From the NCBI GenBank assembly GCA_964199315.1, contig OZ116702.1, positions 16,554,001 through 16,618,000 on the forward strand: DNA of 64,000 bases, read 5' to 3'. The notes beneath the pieces are model-generated. The model saw nothing but the letters and a program-made list of their open reading frames with translations, ran no database searches and was not told where the DNA came from. The position numbers were made by a program, and so were the translations under genes. Shown in pieces: positions 1 to 11,754 of this stretch. Source of the stretch: Orbicella franksi (lineage: Eukaryota). Numbering within the stretch: position 1 is the stretch's first letter; every line of letters begins with the position of its first letter.

Positions 1-290
1 TGACTTTTTAACCAGTCTTGCAGGGGCTCTGTTGTCTCGTAAGACTCCAAAGGTAGGGCGTAGCTGTCCATCACCTAGCACACATTCCCACTATGGGTCC
101 AAAGCACCAGCCAGTGTCGGCCCGGTCTATCGTGTGGATCCGTGTTCACAATGTACCCACAAGGTTCTTTCTTGATCGGTCGACATGGCAATCGATCACA
201 AGCCACTGTCCCATAAAAATAGGGTTTCAGGATGGCATCTGCTGTCACCAAATGATCCAGTTGTACGTTATTCAGGGGTACTTTCTCCAT
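1..290 (-). pseudogene. Polinton adenain-like cysteine (maturation) protease, N-terminal part
   Basis: From ATG 290: MEKVPLNNVQLDHL...CGYIVNTDPHDRPGRHWLVLW, containing the NTD..G.HW motif of Polinton/adenoviral proteases. In-frame stop at ~75; the reading frame continues to the window edge. Confidence 0.85.
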
Positions 291-329
291 TAGCGTTGGT
301 AAATGTTGTACAACACAGCATTGTTCTTG

Positions 330-1202
330 TCTATTTCCAAGAGACCCCATCACGATAGGTTGGGTAAGCCACTATGGTTCTCTTGACATTCATTTTCGTC
401 ATCAACTCTCAGTAGACGCTGGGGTCGAGCCTTACTTGACACAGGTACATTCTTACTTTGACCTCTTCATGCGTCAATCTGCCAGCTACATTCACACCAT
501 TCAAGAACAAATTGGGAGAATTAAAATACATCTGGATTCCAATCCGCATGCCAGGTGCCAACAATTTGTTCAAGTGAAACACCTAGATGTGGGGTGTGAA
601 CCTTAGCACGTGTCATTTTCCATCCGTGTAATTGCCTTGTTCTGCTTTCATGAGTCGCACTGAAGCTTGTTGGTTGGAGGACAATGCTTGGAAAGCGTCA
701 TGTCCATCTCCTTCCGTGTTTGTGTTGTACGCAGTCAATGGCATTGGAAAGTCCAGGGCATTGTACCAATCTTGAAGTTTAAGCACGGTTTCTCCATCAT
801 CTCTGTTGTAGTTAAGCAATGTTTCCAAGTATGCCTTGTAATGATAGGTGTCGGTTTGAGGACTGATAAATGTACCATTGAGTCTCACACTGACCTGTTC
901 AAACAAAGTTTGGGCTAAATTGTTCACGGGCCATAGCCTCGGGGCCTCCACAACGTTATCACCATTCGCCAGTTTGAGTGCCAACTCAATCTCAAACTTC
1001 AACTGAGGACCACGTAATCTTCTTGAGGATCCACTTGGAATTCCATGGGGTTGATGCCTGTCGTGTAGGTCTGAACAGGTACGATGCAATAACGGGACAT
1101 GCTGAGATCAGTGGGTGGAACGGTGAACAGGCTCAGTTGAGGATTCGGGACTAATATGGAACCCGGATGTAACAACCCACCGTCCATCAAAGTATCCGTC
1201 AT
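330..1202 (-). pseudogene. Polinton major capsid protein, internally deleted and frameshifted
   Basis: ORFs 999-1202 (LSLFTVPPTD...PMEFQV) and 613-1089 (PVNNLAQTLFEQVSVRLNG...YHYKAYLETLLNY) match the Maverick PY/hexon N-terminal pattern. A further piece (KVRMYLCQVRLDPSVY) lies near 400-450. The C-terminal half is missing. Confidence 0.82.
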
Positions 1203-2292
1203 TTTTTCTTCTTCTTCTCCTTTCTCTTCTCGCTAAGATGTGATCCCAGTCGTAGCCAACAGGTTTACTGACCTCAGGACCAATCCATCTGCCTTTTTGT
1301 ACCTTTTGTTGACGTTTCGAGGTTTGTGGGAACCCTTCAAAACGTGACGTTGACAACCCTTTTCTAGATTTGACGACTCTCGAGCTCCTGGAGTAGACAG
1401 GATTTATTAGTCGCCGAAGATGTCGTTGAATTTTCACTTGATGTTTCTATCTAGGACTTTATAAGTTTTACGTTTCACTGCTTGTTTAGTGCTCCGTGTT
1501 GCACCCTCTTTCGCCTCTTGAATGCTATCTCGAACACCGCAACCGTTTTTTAACCCTTTCAGACCTCCCTAACACTTGCTTTCAGCAATTCTTGAACAAA
1601 GCCACCTCCGTCTTGTGGGTCAGGTTTGAAACGTGTTAAACTTCCACCTTTCATGCTCGTTTGAAGTGAAGGGTGAGAATCATGTTTCCTTCACCAAATT
1701 CAGTCAATTCACCTGTTGTCTCCGACACTTGCGTCTAAATAATGTCCAACTGGGCCTTGCGTAACAGAATATATTGAACGTGGAGTGGTTCAAAATAGTG
1801 ACTTCCATCCCCTGTGTGTCGATAATTGACCTCTCGCAATAGATCCGTGACTTGATTTCTAACCATTGAACTTCCTCCCACATTGGAATAAATGAACAAG
1901 GAACGTGATGTCGAACCCATCAGTTTTGAAAGGTTTTGTTGAGATTCGTGATGCGCCAATCGCAAGTAATGCTCAGCAAAAAAGGTCTCCTGCTATCAGC
2001 CTAGACAGAGGTTTAACCCTGTTGTTTTTCAGATCGTGTGTCCTCGTTTCTAAGTTGGGAACCGTGTCTTTAAAAAACTCTTGACGTAAATTGGGTCCGA
2101 AGTCATAATTTTCAGGGCTTCTCTTCTTCAACCATCCCATCTTGAAGGCTAACATCTTATTAATCTTCAGTGCTGGTGAGTAATTGGAGCGTACGTGTGT
2201 CGCTTTGTTATCCGTCAGCAGATCATCTCTATCCCAACGAAATTTCACCTACATTCTCTTTCCATCGACGCTGTATAGCTGCTACCGTGATG

Positions 2293-4002
2293 TAGCCTGA
2301 TTCTCAGACGTCCAAGATCGTTCGCAGCCCCTCTCTCCCTCTCCCGTCTGACATACTCTGTGCAAGATCATGTTCATGATGTCAAAGCACCTATTGTATA
2401 GTAAGGGCCAGTCACAACGCTCGTAAGAAATGAAGCATGGAAAAGTCAACAAATCAATTTCACGAGGGTTCTTCCTTGATCAGATTTTGGCAAAGCGAAG
2501 ATTTCTTAGCAATGTTTTTAACTTCTACGCTGAAGAAAGCTGTCTTATCTCGGACAAACTCAATTCAGTGCTTGTTCTGCGCTGAATTTCTCAAAACAAG
2601 CGGTAGAATAGCGGTTTTTGGGTGCTTTGCGTGGAACTCTGCAAGATATTTAGGCGGCGAGTTACAAACTCCAAATGAGGACTTGCGATATTGCAAAAGA
2701 AAATTTTACCCAAAGTTGAAAAAGATCGAAAAAAATGATGTGAATTCTCAGAAGTCTCGAGGACAAGTTGAGGGCAGAAATGCCTAAAAACAACGTGGTT
2801 CGCATAAAGCGGAGATTGAGTCGAGATCAAACTCAGGAGGTATCTGTTGTGAGATCGCTGGAAGCGAAGCCTGTGAAGAAAGCTCTATTTCCTACAAATC
2901 CACCTCAAGATCAAACGAGGTTTCCTTCAATCACCAGTATTAACGGTGAGGGAGATTACAAGTCTGACAGAGTTACCTCCTACTGTTTCGATGGTTGGAT
3001 ATAAAGCAGTAAGGCACTCAGGTGTTTGTGTAGTTGTGCGGGCATTTCCAGCATGTGTAAACATTGGGAGGAATTTCTTCTCACCTTCACCAGACGAACT
3101 TGATTCAGTGTCCAAAAGCTTTTGTACAGGTGTGGTTAATTCCCATATTGAAGCCCCTTTCTGCGTTTTTTAAGTTAAATAATATTCACATAATATTCGA
3201 TCATGGCTTGTTTTGTTCGAAAAGGAATAAAGAAAATGGTACATTTTTGTGACATAAGTGAATATGAAATGTTCCTCCTTAAGTATCATTATAATTAACT
3301 TCATTTAGTGATGTATTTGGCCGTTAAGTGTGAGTACATAATGAATTTGTGAAAAAACTGTCTTATACACAGAATATTTTGACAAATACTTTTCATACAA
3401 AGGTCTGGTTTTTCCAGGAAATCTTCGCCACCGACCATTTCCTAGTAAGGACTCCGGTGACGAAAGTATCACGGAGCACTCTCCTTTCTCAATCTTCAGA
3501 TCCAGAGCCTTATCTTGTCCTATCGAGTGAGCTGATATACCAAATTTCCGTAAGAAATTTGTTTGATCTTCCATAAGGCTCACTAGAGGGGATATCACAA
3601 TTATCATTGGGTTTGCTTCAAATCCATCGTGGCCTAGTGATCTCGGCCTGAATTAAAGGAGCCATCTGGAACACGAGCAACTTTCCAAATCCCATTGGCA
3701 AGCTAAGAAGGACATAAATACCACAAACAAACGTTTTGAGCTCTTTGAACTGTTTAGAGAACAGTTTTTCCACACCAAAACTTGGCAAACATTCAAGTTT
3801 GCACAGCCGATTCGAAACCTTTTTGAATAACATTCCACAAATTCCACACTTCTCGGGATGTGGTACATTCGCTCTGATTGGTGAAAATTGACAATGGCTC
3901 TGACGTCATGAACACAACCTCGCACAGAGTATATCAGACGGGAGAGGAGAGAGGGGTAGCGAAGGGGCCGTGAACGACCTCGGACGTCTGAGAATCAGGC
4001 TA
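2293..4002. mobile_element. AcademH-like DNA transposon, non-autonomous 1710-bp deletion derivative
   Basis: Imperfect ~75-85 bp TIRs begin TAGCCTGATTCTCAGACGTCC (2293) and end GGACGTCTGAGAATCAGGCTA (4002). Perfect 9-bp TSD ACCGTGATG at 2284-2292 and 4003-4011. Contains an internal RecQ helicase remnant. Confidence 0.85.
3305..3833 (-). pseudogene. RecQ-like SF2 helicase N-terminal fragment (AcademH cargo)
   Basis: VLLSLPMGFGKLLVFQ (degenerate motif I, consensus LPTGxGKS), IIVISPLVSLMEDQ (motif Ia) and ILSSPESLL (motif Ib). Frameshifted and truncated. Confidence 0.85.
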
Positions 4003-4387
4003 ACCGTGATGGGGTCCTTGGTAATTCAGGATGCACCACTGCTTGAAATATGTCACCATACTTTTCATGAAACCAACATCATCAATGTACTCTACCATGG
4101 TTCAGAGATCTTTCGGATCATAGTGGGCCCTACCAAAGTTTAAGGCACTGGAAGGGTATTTCATGATCCAATCCATAGTAAACAGGATTACGTTACCGTC
4201 GACCAACTTGGGGAGATGCACTTTCATATCTGATAACAAGATGCTAATCAATCCCACTTTCTAACTCGATCCTTGCAATCTGATGGGGTGGGGTAATCGA
4301 ATCTTGATATAATTGCGTTGGTTCTGGGGAAACTGCACGGTTGCCGAGACTAGGCAAGGTGATGTAAAACTCCTCAGTCATCCTCAA

Positions 4388-5461
4388 AGCTTTTTCACGT
4401 CCTTCTTGTCAATCCAACTGTCCTATTAATCTGACCAACCTTTTCAACATACAAACAATTTATTCCCTTTTCGTTTCAGCACTTTTTCGACTGGATACAA
4501 ATCGTTGTCAGATACGGTTACTTTCTGTAGGTCTTGAGAATAAAAGGTACCTTCCAAAGGCGTGTCATCCATCTCTTTGATTTTGTAAGTGACCACACTT
4601 CCAGGGATGACTCTGGATACTATAAACACTTCTTACGTCCAGCCCAGTAGGTGACCTTTCTTAAAGGTTCTTAACTTCTTATTGAGTCTCACGCAATCAT
4701 TTACTTTAAACTTTGGCTTGAGATGCTTGGCGTTCAAATGTTTGGCGTACAAGTTATTCCACACTTCTTCTTGACTACTTGCAGTCACTTTGTTGGGGGC
4801 CATCTTGATGCTGCGATGATACGATTGATTGTAACCCAAGACCAAGTCCTGCAACACGGGTAAGAAGGTCAATGTATTCTTGATTGTAAAATATTGATAA
4901 TCTTTCTTTCAAGGTGTGATTGAATCGTTCCACGATGCTGGCTTTGGTGTCTCCACTTGTAGAGAAGCGATGGATATTTTTCTCTTTGATCAAGGCTTGG
5001 AAGTATTTGTTGTAAAATTCTTTGCTGTCATCCATTTGAAGATTCTGTGGTTGCCAGCCTTGACTTCGTTTCAAAATCTTCTCGAAAGCAGTCATCACGT
5101 CTTGTCCACTCTTGGACTTGACGGGCTGCACCCAGGCGTACTTGGAAAACATGTCAACCACTGTCAATAGATACCTGTAACTACGATTGGATTTGGCAAT
5201 GTTGACCACTTCGATCAGATCTGCTACCCATTGTTCATCGATACTAAACACCATCACAGGGAGGGTTGGAAAATGTCGTCTTCAGGGTTTGTGCAAGATA
5301 TAACCCAAATCACACTCCATTATCTCTCATACTTTTCCGGTGGGTAATTTTTGAGCTCGTGCGAAATGAGCCATACCTCCCAAACTACCAGGTGCGCTCG
5401 GATCTCGATAGGTCATCAACAGAGTCGCATAGGGATTCTTCTTTTTCTTTTTACTCTTCAT
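4388..5461 (-). pseudogene. Polinton rve-family integrase with C-terminal chromo-like end, frameshifted
   Basis: IDEQWVADL, YLLTVVDMFSKYAW, LQMDDSKEFYN, KASIVERFNHTLKERL, YNQSYHRSIKMAP, LEGTFYSQDLQKV, YPVEKVLKRKG. N-terminus MKSKKKKKNPY... at 5461. Confidence 0.92.
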
Positions 5462-6414
5462 AGCACCGCCAGTCTGTAAAGACATTGCCTCCAGAGGTCT
5501 AGGTAACGTTCACGAATGGTCAGAAACCACTCGAATGACTGAGATTGATGTTTCAACCACAAGATAAAGACCACGAAACGAAATACGTTTTTGCTCAGAT
5601 CAACGACTTCGAATTCTTTCAGGGATTGTCAACAGGATCTGTAGGAAAGGCTATGTCCTTTCCGTATTTGTTAATGATACGCTCGCATCTTTCACCTAAC
5701 CTAGACCAATACTCACGACTAGACCAATAATCACAACCAGACACATTGAATCAAATGAAAGATTTTATTGAACAACACTTCTATTTACGTTTACAAGTCA
5801 AATCACATGATCAACAACGAAAAGTACTGATCAGACAAAAAATACAGCTATGTAATATTTACATCGGCAAGTAAACGACGCTGATTAGTGTATCCATTTT
5901 GACCTTATATGATCACAATTTGTTACGATTGGTCAGATTCTAGATCATGCATAAGAAAAGCACTCAATCACGTGAAAGTCAAAGGTCGATCATGTCATTT
6001 TCCGTACATGGTTATGAAGTGATGTGATTGGTCAGCTCACAGATCACACAACTGGATGCTGAATGGTTCATCTCACAGCATATAAGTCCGTCACCCGTTC
6101 ATTCTCATCACTCGCAAACAAGTGTTTGGTCTGAGCGTTTGAAGAAAAAGAAGAGGAATGAAGCAAGTACAGCCAAGTCCTGAAGAATCACCCACCAGAT
6201 ACATGTTACCTCATCAAAGTTCAGAGGAGAAATTCACTTCCATGATAGATTATTCGTACAATCCCTATTCTCCAGCCAAATATCCAGCAGTATGGCAAAA
6301 AAGAAAGAGGATGAACAAAAAAGCAGAAAAGAAACCAAAGACCAAGAAGATCAAGCAGGAAACTGAAGGAAAGACATTTAACAAACTCTCCCGATTGTAG
6401 AGAATGGGGAAATA

Positions 6415-6897
6415 GTGGAAGTGCAAGTCCTGGAGGAAGGAGAGATCTTTGACCCTGACATCTTTTTGGATGGGCTCGCACAGCAATGGCAACCCCTACC
6501 ACCTAGTACTCCTCAAACCTCTACAGAACCCTTTAGGAATCTGTTACCACAGACCCGAGGGAGTGCAGAGATCCTGTACTCTTGCCCTGTACATCCAAAT
6601 GATACTTTACAAAAGAAAGAGACTAACACTCAGTACGGCCATTGGGAGTGTTACAAATGCCCCGTCCAAAATTGTTATGTCAGCTGTGCTGTGGACAATG
6701 TAGAGAATTACGTGGAGTCAACAAATCGTCAACTTCATAACCTCTACCTGAGCAAACCCGTACACATCATGAAGTGTTACTGTAAACGCCAATTGATCAT
6801 GTCCATGTCTCAGTCAGAGAAGAATCCAGGGAGATTATACCTAAAATGTTCCAAACGTTGGTGCAATTTCTTCCAATGGGTGGATCAAGAACCCTAA
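6415..6897 (+). CDS. GRF-type zinc-finger protein (Polinton accessory gene)
   Basis: CYCKRQLIMSMSQSEKNPGRLYLKCSKRWCNFFQWVD follows the zf-GRF pattern (C-x-C...NPGR...C...C.FF.W). A second Cys/His cluster lies upstream. The true start is uncertain. Confidence 0.7.
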   Translation: MEVQVLEEGEIFDPDIFLDGLAQQWQPLPPSTPQTSTEPFRNLLPQTRGSAEILYSCPVHPNDTLQKKETNTQYGHWECYKCPVQNCYVSCAVDNVENYVESTNRQLHNLYLSKPVHIMKCYCKRQLIMSMSQSEKNPGRLYLKCSKRWCNFFQWVDQEP

Positions 6898-7250
6898 GGC
6901 AAAGCCAAAGCTTGGATTGAAGGGGGTAGAATCCAAGAAGGGTATCCACGACCCCAAGCGTTGTTCATACCCCAGCAAAGAGACTTCGAAAGGAGGAAGG
7001 CCGAAATTCGAGAAAGAGAAGAAAAAAGAAAGAGAAAGTATGCTGAACGACAAGAGAGGGAACGTTAGTATGCAGAGAAAATGAGAAATGGAACCCTTGA
7101 AGAACGGGAATGAGAACGCGTTTATCAGCAGGAAAAGAATAGGAATGGAGGATTGATCAATGACGTCATGGAAAGGTGACTGTGGGGGTTGGTAGGCTCC
7201 CCTGAAGGGAATTGGATCTGGGACGAGTAAAGTGACGTAGCAAGTTTTGA

Positions 7251-7865
7251 TTGGTCAACCTATCTCATAAAGACCCATTTGCAAGTGAACATTCATTCAT
7301 TTTTAAACATGGAGGTGTTCAGGATGAACTCTGCTTTATTTTGGATTTAGAAGGTTTCTTTCTCAACAAGACATTTCATGTCAGAGAATTAGCTTACTAC
7401 ACTTGGAATGGAGAAGAGGGGCGCCATGCTTTCTTCATCCCTGTACCGTACAAGAACTTGAGCGACAAAGACAAATGAACTGTGAATTTTGTGAGAAGGA
7501 AAACACATGGATTGACCTATCAACCCCTCAAGGCTGAACATTTCCAAAAACCTGAAGTCCTCAGCAAACTGATCAAGGACATATACTCGATGTACAAAGA
7601 TTGCAGTAATGGCGAGAGAACCGTGGTGGGATACAAGGGAGGTCATGTGGAGAAAGATCTGTTAATGAAACTGAACATTCCTTGTTTCGATCTAGAAACT
7701 TTAGGATGTCCTAAATACGACAAACTCAAACACATCATTCCACAAGAGAAATTGTTACCCAGCTGAGGTTCTCATGCCAATGACACTGCTCATCATTGTC
7801 CTATCACTGAATGTCATGCTTTTTGGTATTGGTACAGTTTCATTGCAAAACATGCAAACACGTGA
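7251..7865 (+). pseudogene. DEDD/DnaQ-like (Maelstrom-like) exonuclease-fold protein, two in-frame stops
   Basis: FILDLEGFFLNKTFHVRELA, VGYKGGHVEKDLL..LNIPCFDLETLGCP and C-terminal HCPITEC. Stops at 7476-7478 and 7764-7766 lie within one reading frame. Confidence 0.6.
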
Positions 7866-8599
7866 TTAGAAAAATAGTTTTTTCTTTTTTCAATTCTGTG
7901 TAATCAATGACTTTCAGGGGTAACCCCTTCCTTTTTCATCTCTAACAAAAGATATTTTGTTTTGTGAGCGTTTTGCTCATTTAAAGGGAGGGGACTGGGG
8001 AAGCCGAGCTGTAAGTACTTTAATTCACTCTGATTGGTGTCTGATGGGGTCATCGTCCCATGATGCTCTGTCTCTCAGTCTTCACCATGGCCACTTGCCG
8101 GACGGACTTCTGTCGTTTAGGGCCACAGGACACTGCAAGTATCGAGTTTGAAGTTGCATGACATTTTTGGCGTGACCTTGGCGTGATTTGTGTCACCATG
8201 GAAATCCATGAGACCGATCCCAGTCCTCTGTCGAGGCTAGTGGGCTGTTTTCCAACATGGCTGACTTTTGTGGGCACCGCCATCTTGAATTCTTAATTCG
8301 GCTTGTGATTGGTCCGATTTTTCAAGGTGCCATCTTGGATTTGGAAAACAATAGAACTTATTTTTCTCCAAACAATAGCCTATTATCTTTCTTGGTCCCT
8401 GATTGGTTACAGCCCATTTGAGCGTGCATTACTACTGGCATCCAACTGCGGAGATTGGGGAAACCTTCCTTCACTGCAGCAACTGGGAATCAACACAGCA
8501 AGACCTGGTACTTCCTCGACCCAAGGTAAGCTGCAAAGAAATGCTGCAAACCAGCTGACAATTGCAGGGAAGCCGAAACCTAAAGTCTGGATTTAAACG

Positions 8600-9645
8600 T
8601 GTCGTTTTCCTAGCCCATTTCGAAGATCAAGAAATAGTCAAAAAACCCTCAAAAACCGAGAAACTGATGATGGACTTTTTGCCAAGAAAAGATTACGTGG
8701 TTCATTACAAGAATTTGCAGTATTATCTGTCTCGCGGAATGAAGCTTCAAAGGGTCAAAAGCGCAATCGAATTCAACCAAGAAAAATGGATGAAAAGTTA
8801 CATTGACATGAACTCAGAACTTCGGGCAAAAACTGAAAGCGACTTCGAAAAAGACTTTTTCAAACTGATGAACAACGCGGTTTTTGGGAAAACGATGGAG
8901 AACAAGAGGAACAGGATGGATGGATTTCCAGATTTTCAACCAAAAAACGCAGAAAAAGAAAATTCTTCACCAGATCGCAAGCCCGTTCTTTGAAAAGCAA
9001 ATTATTTATCCTCAAGGCTTTGTGGGCATTGTAAAAAGGCATAGCGAAGTGTACCTTAACAAACCAATTTACACCAGAATGACAATTCTCGACAATAGCA
9101 AGATCGTGATGTATAGAGATCACGAAGATCGAAAGAAAAAGTATGGCGACAAAACGGAAAGCATGTACAGAGATACAGACAGCGACGTCGTTCAAATTCA
9201 AACAGAAGACATGTACAAAGACATGGTTGGCGATGACAGGTTTGACACAAGCAATTACCCAAACGAGCACCCCCTTTACTCAGAAAAGAACAAAAAGGTT
9301 TTGGGCAAAATGAAAGACGAAATGGGCGGCATGCCGATAAGAGAATTCTGCGGAATAAGGGCAAAAATGTATAGCTTCTTGACTGAAGATGGTACAGAAA
9401 GAAAAAAAGCCAAAGGTGTCGCAAAAGCCACTTTGCAACAAATTCAGCATGAAGACTTCAAAAACGCTATATTCAACCAAGAGCAATACTTTCACGTAAT
9501 GAGAATGATAAGGTCAGACAAGCACGAAATCCACACCATTGAGCAGATGAAGAAAACTCTGAACGCAATGGACGACAAAAGATACATCTTGAAAGATGGA
9601 ATAAACACTCTGGCATACGGGCATTTCAGGATAAAAAAAATATAA
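8600..9645 (+). pseudogene. Protein-primed family B DNA polymerase, C-terminal third
   Basis: FEKDFFKLMNNAVFGKTMEN (motif B), MYRDTDS (degenerate YxDTDS), LGKMKDE, FCGIRAKMYSF and KKAKGV. Frameshift at ~8930. Confidence 0.95.
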
Positions 9646-9664
9646 AACATCATATCTGCACCTG

Positions 9665-9964
9665 TTGAACAGAGAAAAGAATAAGCAAATGGCTCTGGAA
9701 ATGCTAAAAGAGCCCGCCAAGTACGTGGAAGGTGAGCTGCCTTTCTGGGGCGGGAAACCCCCCTCGGTTCAAGACGTCGATCCAAGGCGTTTTCTTCAAA
9801 AGCAAATCAATGTGTTTGACATGCAATTTTATCCTGTCTCAGGAGGACAGACAACTGAAAAGTCTTTTGAAACAATGGATAAAATCTTAGAAATAGCAAG
9901 AAAAGCCGGCAAAAAAGTGTTATATTCAGGAGAGGATTCTTTGCGCATGGGACGATTATGCTGA
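9665..9964 (+). CDS. Small hypothetical protein of element B
   Basis: Open 99-aa ORF directly after pPolB; no recognised motif. Confidence 0.4.
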   Translation: MNREKNKQMALEMLKEPAKYVEGELPFWGGKPPSVQDVDPRRFLQKQINVFDMQFYPVSGGQTTEKSFETMDKILEIARKAGKKVLYSGEDSLRMGRLC

Positions 9965-10142
9965 CCCAAGCTTGCCAAGAGACCATCACCAAATTCAGAT
10001 ATTTGTGGCGTGCAAAGAAGAGTAACTGGAGAACGGGTTTTGGCCCCGCAATTACTCCAAGTTAATAATTGAATGGTTTCACGCCAAAGTCCATCGGGAG
10101 GCGTAGAGGTCTAGGGCGAGCCGTCTGGAACCGTAGTGAGCT

Positions 10143-11000
10143 TCAAACCGACGGAATGAAGCCGGCGGACGACTTCCTCCTCGGCAATGTCCTCCAGGGA
10201 AGAACTCTGGGGAGCATGGTTGAAAGGAGGGGGGCGGCGAGGCGCGGGAGTGGGAGGTCGGCGAGGGAAAGAACGGGCGCTCTTGGCAGCAAACTCCGGC
10301 GTAAGGGGTTCTGTAGGAAGATCGCGGCGGTACCGGACCTGGTCTGCCCGCCATCGGCGTTCTGCTGAAAGCTCACCTCGCGAGAAAAGCTTTTTTTCTG
10401 CCGGCGGCTTGGCTTGCGGTGGAGTTTGGCTCGGACGTGGTTCTTGAGGGACTCATAATTGTCGATCTCAGCCTGGATGTCGGCAAACTCTTTGTCAGAA
10501 ACTGTTTTGTCTCGGTTTGCGGCGAGAACCATGTGGTCAACAGTGTTTTTCTTGGCGAGAGCGAGGGTGGTGATCTCTTGATGTTTCTTGATCTTTGAAT
10601 CGATTTTGCGCAAGCACAGAACAAGACCTGATGAGCACAGAGCGAAAAGCCCTCCAGTACCGCCGAGAGGCACAGCCGCAGGGAGGCCAACGACAGAGAG
10701 AGCTGAACCCAAGCTTGCGCTTGAAAGAGCCGCGGAAAGCCCGCTGCAGATCGCCGTGGACCAATCAACAGCCTTTTTGGCTTTTTTGTATTTTTTGGCG
10801 ACCTCGCGGTACTTGTCAACTTCGGTTTTCAAGAAGCGCATCCTCTCGTTGATGATTTGCAGCTGAAAGTTCTGCCTGCCCTTGTCGTCAGAAGGAACGG
10901 CCGGATCGATACGGTGGTTTTGCAGCTCAACATTTTCCTCAAGAGATGGATAAATAGACAGAGGAGGTGCGGAAGGCTGCGTGTTAACTTCCACAGGCAT
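10143..11000 (-). CDS. Hypothetical protein with a central Gly/Ala/Ser-rich hydrophobic hairpin flanked by basic/coiled segments
   Basis: KKYKKAKK followed by STAICSGLSAALSSASLGSALSVVGLPAAVPLGGTGGLFALCSSGLVLCL and KIKKHQEI. The C-terminal ~70 aa look like frameshift read-through. Confidence 0.65.
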   Translation of the reverse strand: MPVEVNTQPSAPPLSIYPSLEENVELQNHRIDPAVPSDDKGRQNFQLQIINERMRFLKTEVDKYREVAKKYKKAKKAVDWSTAICSGLSAALSSASLGSALSVVGLPAAVPLGGTGGLFALCSSGLVLCLRKIDSKIKKHQEITTLALAKKNTVDHMVLAANRDKTVSDKEFADIQAEIDNYESLKNHVRAKLHRKPSRRQKKSFSREVSFQQNADGGQTRSGTAAIFLQNPLRRSLLPRAPVLSLADLPLPRLAAPLLSTMLPRVLPWRTLPRRKSSAGFIPSV

Positions 11001-11041
11001 TCCAGCTATATAAAGAAAGTAAAAGAAAATTTGGGGGTGCG

Positions 11042-11713
11042 CTAAAGAATTTCAAGCTCAAAAAGTAGAGGATAACCTTCAAAATCAAAGGGCTTTCCTT
11101 GTAAATCTTTTACAGAAATCTGGATTGTTGAAACTTCATTTCTTTTTAAACAGTTTCTGAAAGTTATTTCTCCAGAAACTCCATACTTCACAAACTCAAA
11201 AGGTTTTCCTGAAATTGGAAAGCATGAAAGACGTTCTCCGTTAAAAAGGTTTGAATCTCTGTCAAGAAGGCTGCAGTGAACAAAATATTCTCTTTTCATG
11301 TTAAGCATAATCCTTGTTTTGTCAGATTTTTCTATTTTGCTGAAGCCAAGTATTTGAGCCATACTGTCAGAAAAATAGTAGGATTTAGAAATTTTTCCAA
11401 TAAAAATTTCCGCACGATGCCCTTGGAAGGAAATAAAAGGATTTTCGCCGGCCCCTTTGAAAAGATTGGCAATTGCATCACGAATGCACGAAGGGGTATA
11501 ATTTCCTGCCTCAACAACGTTCGAACCGTAAACAAAAGCGCTCGAAGAATTAACATTTTCATTTTCGTACTTTATTGTGGCGTTTTCTTTGAGGGTTTTC
11601 CAGCTGTTGGGGATGACACAAGAGATAAGGCAGACCTTCGAGACTTTGTTGATAGGAGAATCAAACGTAAACGTTTGCCCGTTTTTTTCTGCGCGTAAGG
11701 TCAACAAAACCAT
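11042..11713 (-). CDS. Minor capsid (penton, single jelly-roll) protein of element B
   Basis: 223-aa intact ORF with EAGNYT, YFVHCSLLD and the C-terminal penton signature IQISVKDLQGKPFDFEGYPLLFELEI. Confidence 0.75.
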   Translation of the reverse strand: MVLLTLRAEKNGQTFTFDSPINKVSKVCLISCVIPNSWKTLKENATIKYENENVNSSSAFVYGSNVVEAGNYTPSCIRDAIANLFKGAGENPFISFQGHRAEIFIGKISKSYYFSDSMAQILGFSKIEKSDKTRIMLNMKREYFVHCSLLDRDSNLFNGERLSCFPISGKPFEFVKYGVSGEITFRNCLKRNEVSTIQISVKDLQGKPFDFEGYPLLFELEIL

Positions 11714-11754
11714 CGCGAAGAATATAAAAAGACAAATATATTCTTCATCTTTCG

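Larger units (their letters stand above)
1651..4381 (-). pseudogene. Polinton minor capsid (penton) protein, interrupted by the AcademH insertion
   Basis: Starts MTEEFYITLPS (ATG at 4381). The C-terminal SLFIYSNV...TDLLREV...YFEPLHVQYILLR...TLHFKRA* ends at 1651. The two halves flank 2293-4002. Confidence 0.8.
1..8019. mobile_element. Maverick/Polinton (adintovirus-type) element A, degenerate, left part runs off the window
   Basis: Minus-strand cluster of adenain protease, major capsid, penton and rve integrase, followed by plus-strand accessory genes. The right boundary is tentative: ...GTAAGTACT at 8011-8019 reads AGTACTTAC on the minus strand, resembling the 5'-AG termini of Polintons. 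Confidence 0.88.

Noticed and set aside
8420-8596. PBS-like TGGCATCCAAC and a possible gag start
   Set aside because: Too short, with no LTR or recognisable domain to support the call.
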